A stretch of DNA of 24,000 bases from an uncultured Verrucomicrobiae bacterium (lineage in GTDB: Bacteria > Verrucomicrobiota > Verrucomicrobiia > Chthoniobacterales > UBA10450), in NCBI GenBank assembly GCA_963746035.1, contig CAVUZN010000001.1:223509-247508 (forward strand), given 5' to 3'. Within the stretch, counting starts at the first letter, position 1. Each line of letters opens with the position of its first letter. Shown here piece after piece: positions 8,751 to 15,942 of the stretch. The notes beneath the pieces were generated by a model. The model did no database searches, was not told where the DNA came from, and saw nothing but the letters and a program-made list of their open reading frames with translations. Position numbers and translations under genes: made by a program.

Positions 8751-8779
8751 TTGCCAGAAGCGGTCGGAAACTTTACTAT
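8751..8779 (+). promoter_or_regulatory. Sigma70-like promoter candidate for the radical SAM gene
   Basis: TTGCCA (8751-8756), 17-nt spacer, TACTAT (8774-8779), about 55 nt upstream of the GTG start at 8835. Sequence match only. Confidence 0.4.
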
Positions 8780-8834
8780 CAGAGCTTCTGCCCCCGGTTC
8801 GCTGTCCCTTCCCCTCGTCCTGTAGTTATCCATC

Positions 8835-9794
8835 GTGAACCGTTTTGCCGATCGCGTAAAGAGTGAGGGTCTGGAGTTGCGCCACGGCCGACCACAGGTG
8901 GTGCAGCTGAACCTCGGCCGGATCTGTAACCTGACCTGTTTTCACTGCCATGTGAACGCTGGCCCGACCAAGTCCGAAGCGATGTCGCGCGAGACGATGG
9001 ACCGGATCGTGGATTGGATCGCGAAAACAGACATTCGCACGATTGATCTGACCGGCGGCGCGCCGGAGATGGTGCCCGATTTTCGTTACCTGGTGGAACG
9101 GTTGCGCGCATTGCAGCCAACGCGACGGATTATTGATCGTTGTAACCTGTCGATCCTCTTCGAACCGGGTTACACCGATCTAGCGGAATTTCTCGCGGCT
9201 AAGAAGCTCGAGATTGTCGCTTCCCTGCCTTCCTGGAAGTTGAATGACGTCATTAATCAAAGAGGCGAAGGCGTATTCGAAGCCAGCATCAAAGCACTGC
9301 GGCTATTAAACCGGTTAGGCTACGGCGTGGCCGGAGAATTGAAACTGCACCTCGTGGTCAATCCGAACGGGACGGAATTGCCGCAGGAGAGCGGCAAGCT
9401 GGAGGCGGACTTTCGGCGCGTGCTGGCGGCGGAGTTCGGAATTGTTTTCAATCGGCTGGTGACCCAAAGCAACGTGCCGATCGGGCGATTTGCGACGGTG
9501 CTCAAGTTTCGGAAGACCTTCGATCATTACATGGACACGCTGGTTAACGCGTTTGAGACGGACGCGCTGGCGGCAGTTGGATGCCGCGACACCATCAGTG
9601 TCGGCTGGCAGGGCGAAGTTTACGACTGCGATTTCAATCAGCAGCTCGGAATGCAATGGCGCAACGGCCATCCGACTTTTCTTTGGGACGTCAAAACCGA
9701 CGATGTGGCCGGCCGCGAGATCATGACGGCTGATCATTGCTTTGCCTGCACCGCTGGGAAGACAGCGGGGTGCGGTGCGATGCGGGTGCCGTAG
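8835..9794 (+). CDS. Radical SAM / Cys-rich-domain protein of the ArsS (arsenosugar-biosynthesis-type) family
   Basis: CxxxCxxC cluster motif in LGRICNLTCFHCHVNAGP near the N-terminus. C-terminal Cys-rich region with EVYDCDFNQQLG and HCFACTAGKTAGCGA, typical of the radical SAM/Cys-rich (DUF3641-type) family. GTG start. Confidence 0.8.
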   Translation: MNRFADRVKSEGLELRHGRPQVVQLNLGRICNLTCFHCHVNAGPTKSEAMSRETMDRIVDWIAKTDIRTIDLTGGAPEMVPDFRYLVERLRALQPTRRIIDRCNLSILFEPGYTDLAEFLAAKKLEIVASLPSWKLNDVINQRGEGVFEASIKALRLLNRLGYGVAGELKLHLVVNPNGTELPQESGKLEADFRRVLAAEFGIVFNRLVTQSNVPIGRFATVLKFRKTFDHYMDTLVNAFETDALAAVGCRDTISVGWQGEVYDCDFNQQLGMQWRNGHPTFLWDVKTDDVAGREIMTADHCFACTAGKTAGCGAMRVP

Positions 9795-9825
9795 GAATTT
9801 TCGATTCGCGCTTTTCGCGAGCGGC

Positions 9826-10326
9826 CTACTCGATCGGATATTCGACGCGCTCTTCTTCTTCCGGCTTTACCAGTTTGTTGCGCTCGATGATGCGCGCGCA
9901 GGTGTTCCAGCGCAGAAGAGCGTCGTCGTTGCCGGGTGGACGAACCTTTTCGGCTTTCTCGAACCAGTTCATCGCTTCCTGGAAGAAGTCGAAGGCGTGA
10001 TGGCGTGAGCCCGGCGTGTTCTGGGACAACTTCACCTTAGCCCGGCGCTCGGCGACAATCCCACTGTAGTAGCAGCGCTCGTATTCGCTGGTGATTCGAC
10101 CTAACAATTCCCGCGCTTCCGTCTCGCTGACACCGTAGCCCTTGGAGAAACGGTCAGTGACGGCGAGAAGCAGGGAGACGACGGCTTCTTGGTTATCTGG
10201 ATCTGCTTTCAGCACATCCAGGCAAATGCTTTCGGCTTCGGCCGGTTCATTCAAAAGCCGGTAACGCATCGCCTTCTCCAGCGCGGCCGGAATGGCTTCT
10301 TTTGATAGCGGCTTCAGGTCGGGCAT
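9826..10326 (-). CDS. Conserved hypothetical protein, helical/TPR-like
   Basis: 166-aa ORF with good codon bias, co-directional with and immediately downstream of the sdh cluster. The helical repeat-like N-terminus (AESICLDVLKADPDNQEAVVSLLLA) suggests a TPR-like fold. No catalytic motif recognised. Confidence 0.6.
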   Translation of the reverse strand: MPDLKPLSKEAIPAALEKAMRYRLLNEPAEAESICLDVLKADPDNQEAVVSLLLAVTDRFSKGYGVSETEARELLGRITSEYERCYYSGIVAERRAKVKLSQNTPGSRHHAFDFFQEAMNWFEKAEKVRPPGNDDALLRWNTCARIIERNKLVKPEEEERVEYPIE

Positions 10327-10334
10327 GGTGGTGC

Positions 10335-10440
10335 GTTGAAGCGATGAACAGTTAAAGCGTTAAAGCGAATCAAATCAATCAGCATCGTGGCGGCGGATCG
10401 TTCTTCGGCGAGCACGCTTCAACCCTGCAACGCTCCAACC
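10335..10440. repeat. Degenerate inverted-repeat hairpin element built from GTTRAARCG sub-repeats (cargo-less copy)
   Basis: Left arm 10335-10367: GTTGAAGCG ATGAACA GTTAAAGCG TTAAAGCG. Right arm 10415-10440: CGCTTCAACCCTGCAACGCTCCAACC. About 17/26 positions are complementary. The right arm overlaps the last codons and stop of sdhB (..GALQG*). Confidence 0.65.
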
Positions 10441-11195
10441 CATTTCCGTGCCTTTTTCCAAATCCAGCCCAGGGGATCGTAGAACTCGTCCACCACCCGT
10501 TCTTTCAAGGGAATGATCCCATTGTCGGTGATGTGAATTTCCTCCGGGCAGACTTTGCTGCAGCACTTGGTGATGTTGCAGTAGCCGATGCCGTGAGCAT
10601 TGCGCAATTCTTCGATGCGATCCTCGGTGTCGAGCGGATGCATCTCCAGGGCCGCGGCGTAGATCAGGAAGCGCGGCCCAATGAAGCGATCGTGCATCTG
10701 GTGATCGCGCAGGACGTGGCACACGTCCTGGCAAAGGAAACACTCGATGCACTTTCGAAACTCCTGCACGCGGTCAATGTCTTGCTGCTGCATCCGCCAG
10801 GTTCCATCGGGCGCGTCCGGCGGGCGCGGTTTGAATTTCTTGATCCGCTTCTTCACCTCGAAGTTCCACGAAACATCGGTGATCAAATCCTTGAGCAAGG
10901 GAAACGCCTTCAACGGCTGAATCGTGATGGGGGTGTCCAGCGGCAGGTCACTCATCCGGGTCATGCACATCAGCTTCGGCATGCCGTTAACCTCGGCGGA
11001 GCATGACCCGCATTTGCCGGCCTTGCAGTTCCAGCGGCAGGCCAGGTCGTTAGCGTGATCGCGCTGGATGTCGTGCACCGCATCGAGGACGACCATGCCT
11101 TCGGAGCATTCGGTGGTGTATTCGCGGAATTCGCCGCCGGTGGAATCCCCCCGGAAAATTCGGAAAACTGCCGTTTTTACCGTTGAAGTGTTCAA
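10419..11195 (-). CDS. sdhB: Succinate dehydrogenase / fumarate reductase iron-sulfur subunit
   Basis: Three Cys clusters: CRWNCKAGKCGSCSAEVNG...C (2Fe-2S), CIECFLCQDVC (4Fe-4S), CNITKCCSKVCP (3Fe-4S). TTG start at 11195 is the only start codon upstream of the conserved N-terminus. It overlaps the upstream stop by 4 nt (TTGA). Confidence 0.92.
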   Translation of the reverse strand: MNTSTVKTAVFRIFRGDSTGGEFREYTTECSEGMVVLDAVHDIQRDHANDLACRWNCKAGKCGSCSAEVNGMPKLMCMTRMSDLPLDTPITIQPLKAFPLLKDLITDVSWNFEVKKRIKKFKPRPPDAPDGTWRMQQQDIDRVQEFRKCIECFLCQDVCHVLRDHQMHDRFIGPRFLIYAAALEMHPLDTEDRIEELRNAHGIGYCNITKCCSKVCPEEIHITDNGIIPLKERVVDEFYDPLGWIWKKARKWVGALQG

Positions 11196-11214
11196 GGGTT
11201 GAAGCGTTGAAGCG
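11182..11214. repeat. 3'-side arm (mRNA sense) of the inverted repeat bracketing the four-helix-bundle gene
   Basis: GTTGAAGTG TTCAAGG GTTGAAGCG TTGAAGCG. Positions 11194-11214 are the reverse complement of 11672-11692 at 19/21 positions. Confidence 0.8.
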
Positions 11215-11671
11215 TTTCACCGGGAGCGAGAATCTCGGTGCAGTCTTCTTCGTTATCGCCTTCGCGGACGCGCTTATCAGAATTAATTCTGCCGCGAAGG
11301 AAACGGATGTAACCGTTTAAGACCTGGTGAACACGCCATCCTTGAACCTTAAGGTCGGCCAGTTGGGCGGCCGTTTCGTATTCCTCGTCTTCGCAGACAT
11401 TGAGGTCATCGCTCAGCTCTTCAAGCGATCCGCGAGCTTGCAGGTTAAATCTGATCTGATCGGGATAATGATACCGGCCGTGCCCCTCCGCGATATTGTT
11501 AGTCAATGAGACCGCAGCTCTTCGAATTTGGCCGGCTAGACCGAACTTTTCTTCCACGGGGAGAATCTTCGCCACTTTGTACATGGCTTTCCTGAATTCG
11601 CGCGCGACTTGATACGCCTCCAAGTCTTCGAAAGTTCGGTAACGTTGATCTTCAGAGTCGGTCTTCTTCAT
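11192..11671 (-). CDS. Four-helix-bundle protein (23S rRNA intervening-sequence protein / Avd-like family)
   Basis: Family-typical helices: LEAYQVAREFRKAMYKV, EEKFGLAGQIRRAAVSLTNNIAEGHGR, LQARGSLEELSDDL. At 159 aa it is longer than the usual ~120 aa because of N- and C-terminal extensions. The C-terminal ..ETLQRFNP* is encoded by the repeat arm. Confidence 0.85.
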   Translation of the reverse strand: MKKTDSEDQRYRTFEDLEAYQVAREFRKAMYKVAKILPVEEKFGLAGQIRRAAVSLTNNIAEGHGRYHYPDQIRFNLQARGSLEELSDDLNVCEDEEYETAAQLADLKVQGWRVHQVLNGYIRFLRGRINSDKRVREGDNEEDCTEILAPGETLQRFNP

Positions 11672-11707
11672 CGCTTTAACGTTTCAACCCTTCATCGGTT
11701 TAACGAC
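11672..11707. repeat. 5'-side arm (mRNA sense) of the inverted repeat bracketing the four-helix-bundle gene
   Basis: CGCTTTAACGTTTCAACCCTTCATCGGTTTAACGAC fills almost the whole sdhA-stop to ATG spacer and abuts the ATG at 11669-11671. Confidence 0.8.
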
Positions 11708-11712
11708 GGCTC

Positions 11713-13524
11713 TCATCCCATCTCCTCGATCACCTGCTTCAGATACTCCGGCATTTCCGGCAGCGGCTCCAAACGAATCCGCATCGAGCCATCCGGCGCT
11801 TTGCCGACGATCGTGTTCACTTTTGAAAACCGCTCCTCCTTCGCCGGGTAATCATCGCGAAACTGGGCGCCGCGGCTTTCCTTGCGCTCGATTGCGGCGC
11901 GCGTGATTGCCTCCGACACGATGAGCAGATTTTTGAGATCGATCGCGGTGTGCCAGCCCGGATTGAATTCACGGTGACCGATGACGCCGACCGCGCGTGT
12001 CCGTTGCCAGAGCTTTTGGAGTTCGCTCAAGGCCGTCTGCATCTCATTTTCAGTTCGGACGATGCCGACGTTGTCCTGCATCATCTCCTGAAGATCTTTT
12101 TGGACCTGGTAAGGATTTTCTCCGTCACTGCGTTCGAAGGGCGTCAGGGCGTCTTTGCCAGCGTGCTCGATTTGAGCGGGATCGATCGCTCCATGCGCGT
12201 TTTCTTTTGCGAACTTCGCGGCGAATTCGCCGGCGCGTTTTCCGAAAACAATAATGTCCGACAGCGAATTTCCTCCAAGCCGGTTGGCGCCATTGATTCC
12301 GGCTGCGCATTCGCCGGCCGCGAACAGCCCCGGTATGCGCGACATCTGCGTTTCGGGATGCACATGAATTCCGCCCATCGCGTAATGCGTTGTCGGACCG
12401 ACCTCCATCGGTTGCTCCGTGATATCTATGTCAGCTAGCTGCTTGAACTGGTGATACATGCTGGGCAGCTTCCGTTTGATGTGTTCGGATGCGTTCGGGA
12501 GCTTCTCTTTGATCCAGGCGATGTCCAAATAGACGCCACCGTGGGGCGATCCCCTGCCCTCTTTGATTTCGCGCACGATGCAACGGGCGACGTGATCGCG
12601 GGTCAATAGTTCAGGCGGACGCCGCGCGTTCTTATCGCCCTGGCAGTAGCGCCACCCTTCCTCCGCATTGTCCGCGGTTTGTGCGCGGTAATTGTCCGGA
12701 ATCGACTCGAACATGAAGCGTTTGCCTTCTTTGTTAGTCAGGATCCCGCCCTCACCACGCACGCCTTCCGTCACCAAGATGCCACAGACGCTGGGCGGCC
12801 AGACCATCCCGGTGGGATGAAATTGGACAAACTCCATGTCGATCAGCTCGGCACCGGCTTCATAGGCAAGCGCGACGCCGTCACCGGTCGATTCCCAACT
12901 GTTGCTCGTAATCTTGTAGGCGCGACCGAGACCGCCGGTGGCGAGCACAACAGCTTTCGCCCGGAAAATTTTGAAACGGCCGCGCTCGCGTTCGTAACTA
13001 AATGCACCGGCAATCCGCTCGCCGTCCTTAAGCAGCGTGAGGACCGTGTGCTCCATGAACACTTCAATTCCCTGATGGATTCCGTGATCCTGTAAGGTGC
13101 GGATCATCTCCAGCCCGGTGCGATCGCCCACGTGAGCGAGGCGCGGATAACGATGGCCGCCAAAATTGCGCTGCAGAATCTTGCCGTCCTTGGTGCGGTC
13201 AAAGACGGCGCCCCACGCTTCCAGTTCACGCACACGATCGGGCGCTTCTTTGGCGTGCAACTCGGCCATGCGCCATTGATTCACGTACTGGCCACCGCGC
13301 ATGGTATCGGCGAAATGGACTTTCCAGTTGTCGCGATCGTCAACGTTCGCGAGCGCGGCGGCGATACCGCCTTCGGCCATGACTGTATGCGCCTTGCCGA
13401 GAAGTGATTTACAGATCAGGCCTACCGAAACCCCTGCCGTCGACGCTTCGATCGCCGCCCTCAATCCCGCTCCACCTGCGCCGATAATCAGGACATCGAA
13501 GGTGTGAGTTTGGTAGTCAGGCAT
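11713..13524 (-). CDS. sdhA: Succinate dehydrogenase / fumarate reductase flavoprotein subunit
   Basis: FAD fold DVLIIGAGGAGLRAA, covalent-FAD histidine context KAHTVMAEGG, FVQFHPTG, GANRLGGNSL. Confidence 0.95.
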   Translation of the reverse strand: MPDYQTHTFDVLIIGAGGAGLRAAIEASTAGVSVGLICKSLLGKAHTVMAEGGIAAALANVDDRDNWKVHFADTMRGGQYVNQWRMAELHAKEAPDRVRELEAWGAVFDRTKDGKILQRNFGGHRYPRLAHVGDRTGLEMIRTLQDHGIHQGIEVFMEHTVLTLLKDGERIAGAFSYERERGRFKIFRAKAVVLATGGLGRAYKITSNSWESTGDGVALAYEAGAELIDMEFVQFHPTGMVWPPSVCGILVTEGVRGEGGILTNKEGKRFMFESIPDNYRAQTADNAEEGWRYCQGDKNARRPPELLTRDHVARCIVREIKEGRGSPHGGVYLDIAWIKEKLPNASEHIKRKLPSMYHQFKQLADIDITEQPMEVGPTTHYAMGGIHVHPETQMSRIPGLFAAGECAAGINGANRLGGNSLSDIIVFGKRAGEFAAKFAKENAHGAIDPAQIEHAGKDALTPFERSDGENPYQVQKDLQEMMQDNVGIVRTENEMQTALSELQKLWQRTRAVGVIGHREFNPGWHTAIDLKNLLIVSEAITRAAIERKESRGAQFRDDYPAKEERFSKVNTIVGKAPDGSMRIRLEPLPEMPEYLKQVIEEMG

Positions 13525-13542
13525 TGTTGCGGAAAGAGGGCC

Positions 13543-13643
13543 GTTAAAGCGTTGAAAGGTTAAAACGTTGAAACGTTAGGGAGTCGGCCACTCGCATCAG
13601 AAATTCTTTCGCTTCATCGTTTTAACGATTAAACCCTTCAACC
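13543..13643. repeat. Inverted-repeat hairpin element of GTTRAARCG sub-repeats (cargo-less copy) in the sdhC-sdhA spacer
   Basis: Left arm 13543-13575: GTTAAAGCGTTGAAAGGTTAAAACGTTGAAACG. Right arm 13610-13643: CGCTTCATCGTTTTAACGATTAAACCCTTCAACC. 26/33 positions are complementary. About 34 nt (13576-13609) separate the aligned arms. Confidence 0.75.
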
Positions 13644-13646
13644 TCG

Positions 13647-14453
13647 TCATAAGAGCCGCCAGTCATGCCAGACGCCCATCGAACAGAGGCGAACGTAGAG
13701 ATCCGTGAAGCCAACCCAGATCAAGCTCATCCAGGCCCAGAGCATGTGGCGGCGATTAAAACAGCTGACGCAGGCATAGGCTCCGGCGCAGGGCGGCGCT
13801 TTGGAAAACTGGTCGAGGAACCCGCCGACAAGGTGACGCAGCGAATGACAGCCCAGGGTGTAGCCGCCGAGGAAGACGACGTTAGCGCAAAGCACGATCG
13901 TGCCGAGCCCCAGACCTAACGAGCTACGTTCCGTGCCAGGATCAGCAAACCAGAACGCTTTCCAGGCGTCATAGGCCAGGATGAGGAGAAAGATGAGGGC
14001 GAGGTAAAGGAAGTAGCGGTGAACGTTTTGCAGAATGAGGGGGAAGTGACGCTCACCGAGATAGCTTTTGCGCGGCTCACCCACGGTGCAGGCCGGTGGA
14101 TCGGCCCAGAACGCCTTGTAGTACGCTCCTCTGTAGTAGTAACAGGTGAGCCGGAAGCCGCCCGGCGCCCAGAGGATGAGCAATGCGGGAGAAAAGAAAA
14201 GCCAGGCGGGCCACCACGTCGGCTTTGGGCCGAACCAGGCGTGCGGCGAATCACCGAAAAGTTCGGGCGAATAAAAGGGCGAGATGTAATTGCCGAAATG
14301 ATAATGCGCGCCCTGGAAGGCGGCCCAGGTCGAGTAAACAATGAATGTGGCGAAACCGAGAAAAACGACGAGCGGCTGCGCCCACCACGCATCGCGGCGC
14401 ATGGTCGCGCCAAACGATCGTTGCGGAAGAGCTGCCGTGCTCGCGCCGTTCAT
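13647..14453 (-). CDS. Putative succinate dehydrogenase membrane anchor / cytochrome b-like subunit
   Basis: Polytopic hydrophobic 268-aa protein with several conserved-looking His (HYHFGNY, NVHRYF, GCHSLRHL) directly upstream of sdhA-sdhB. Assignment is mainly by operon position and topology. Start could be M1 (14453) or M18. Confidence 0.6.
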   Translation of the reverse strand: MNGASTAALPQRSFGATMRRDAWWAQPLVVFLGFATFIVYSTWAAFQGAHYHFGNYISPFYSPELFGDSPHAWFGPKPTWWPAWLFFSPALLILWAPGGFRLTCYYYRGAYYKAFWADPPACTVGEPRKSYLGERHFPLILQNVHRYFLYLALIFLLILAYDAWKAFWFADPGTERSSLGLGLGTIVLCANVVFLGGYTLGCHSLRHLVGGFLDQFSKAPPCAGAYACVSCFNRRHMLWAWMSLIWVGFTDLYVRLCSMGVWHDWRLL

Positions 14454-15880
14454 TTCTGCGGACCCGGTTCGTCAATCCGACGGTCCCTTGGTTTTTCTTT
14501 TGGATACCCCGATTTGGTCCATGCCTCCCAGCTGCCGGGCACGTTCCACAGCTTTTTGAATCCTTCTTTCTGCAGAATACTGGCGCCGATACTCGCGCGG
14601 TAACCGCTCGCACAGTAAACAGCGGTCGGTTTCTGCTTGTCCAGTTCGCCTAACCGGTCCCGCAACTCGGGCAGGAAGATGTGTTTTGCGCCCGGAACAT
14701 GACCGTTATTCCATTCCCGCGGCGAGCGCACGTCGAGCACCTGCAGCTCCTGCAGCCGCGACTTCAAGGCATGCACATCCATTTGCTCGAGCCCTTCTAA
14801 ATCGTACCCAGCCACCTGCCATGCCCGCATGCCCCCGATCAAATAACCGGCGAAGCGCGTGTAGCCGGTGCGGACAAATAAGCGCAGGACCTCGTCGAGA
14901 TCGTCGTCATCCTCGAGCACCAGGAGCAGTGGGTGCCCCGGCGAAAGCATCCAGCCGGCCCAGATGGAGAGGATAGGCGCCCCACCGATATTCAGCGCGC
15001 CTGGAATGTGTCCGCCGCCGAAACTTTGCATGGTCCGCGTATCGACGAGCACGCCAGCTTTGTTTTTCACCGCCTCATGGAAGGCAGCGGGCGTTAGGGC
15101 GGGGACGCGCGGCAGCCCTCCGATCACTTCCGGTCCTTTCGCGTTCAGTTTTTTCATTACCGGGTAATAATGCGGGACGGGCGGCGCGCTCTTCACCGCA
15201 TAGTCCGTGAAGCTCTTCACATCCGGGAATTGGAGGAAGCGGTTAAACTTTCGTTCGTAACCAATCGTGCTGCTGAGCCGATCTCCGATGTCGGCGCCAC
15301 AAGGCGAGCCGGCGCCATGATTCGGATAGATCATGACGTGGTCGGGCATCTTCAGATAGAAATCGCGCAGGGTATGAAACTGTTGTTCGGCGAGTTTCTC
15401 AGTGTGCTCCGCGCCTAACAGGTCGGGCCGTCCTGCCGAGGAAACGAAAAGGGAGTCGCCGGTCAGGATTCCCCAAGGATCGTCGGGGCGATCTTTCTCC
15501 GCCAGGAGATAGGAAATGTGTTCGGGAGTATGGCCGGGGGTGTGACGAGCGGTGATGAGCAGCTCGCCGAAGGTGAAAGTGTCGCCGTCCTTCAGACCGA
15601 CATGCGGAAAGCCGTAGTGCGCTCCCCCCTCCTCGCTCACATAAATCTTTGCAGAGTCGAGTCGCGCACAGAGCTCGCGCGAGCCGCTGACCAGATCGGC
15701 GTGGATGTGCGTCTCGAAGATGTGCGTGATGGAGAGCTTCTCCTCGCGCGCCATATCCAGGTAGACGTCCACGTCCGGTCGCGGATCAAAGACGGCGGCG
15801 GTTTGCTCCTCGTCGTCGCCAATCAGATACGAGAGCTCGGCGATGCCGTGTGTCTGGATCGTCTTAAAGATCAGCGACAT
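14450..15880 (-). CDS. Persulfide dioxygenase (MBL fold) fused to two rhodanese domains (CstB-like)
   Basis: Metallo-beta-lactamase motif ETHIHADLVSG and HTPGHTPEH. First rhodanese-like domain lacks an obvious catalytic Cys (VLVDTRTMQSFGGGHIPGALN). Second has an active-site loop (VLDVRSPREWNNGHVPGA...VYCASGYRAS). Confidence 0.82.
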   Translation of the reverse strand: MSLIFKTIQTHGIAELSYLIGDDEEQTAAVFDPRPDVDVYLDMAREEKLSITHIFETHIHADLVSGSRELCARLDSAKIYVSEEGGAHYGFPHVGLKDGDTFTFGELLITARHTPGHTPEHISYLLAEKDRPDDPWGILTGDSLFVSSAGRPDLLGAEHTEKLAEQQFHTLRDFYLKMPDHVMIYPNHGAGSPCGADIGDRLSSTIGYERKFNRFLQFPDVKSFTDYAVKSAPPVPHYYPVMKKLNAKGPEVIGGLPRVPALTPAAFHEAVKNKAGVLVDTRTMQSFGGGHIPGALNIGGAPILSIWAGWMLSPGHPLLLVLEDDDDLDEVLRLFVRTGYTRFAGYLIGGMRAWQVAGYDLEGLEQMDVHALKSRLQELQVLDVRSPREWNNGHVPGAKHIFLPELRDRLGELDKQKPTAVYCASGYRASIGASILQKEGFKKLWNVPGSWEAWTKSGYPKEKPRDRRIDEPGPQK

Positions 15881-15942
15881 TCCCAGCGAGTTAAGACGAG
15901 CGGCGGCGGGAATTCAATGCTGCGTTATGCGACTCCGCGACG

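Noticed and set aside
9795-9825. Small CGCG-cttt(t)-CGCG palindrome between the convergent radical SAM and hypothetical genes
   Set aside because: A 4-5 bp self-complementary GC stem is not convincing as a terminator or operator.
11192-11671. Diversity-generating retroelement (the four-helix-bundle protein is Avd-like)
   Set aside because: No reverse transcriptase ORF and no template/variable repeat pair with A-specific mismatches is visible in the 24 kb. The DGR reading is unsupported here.
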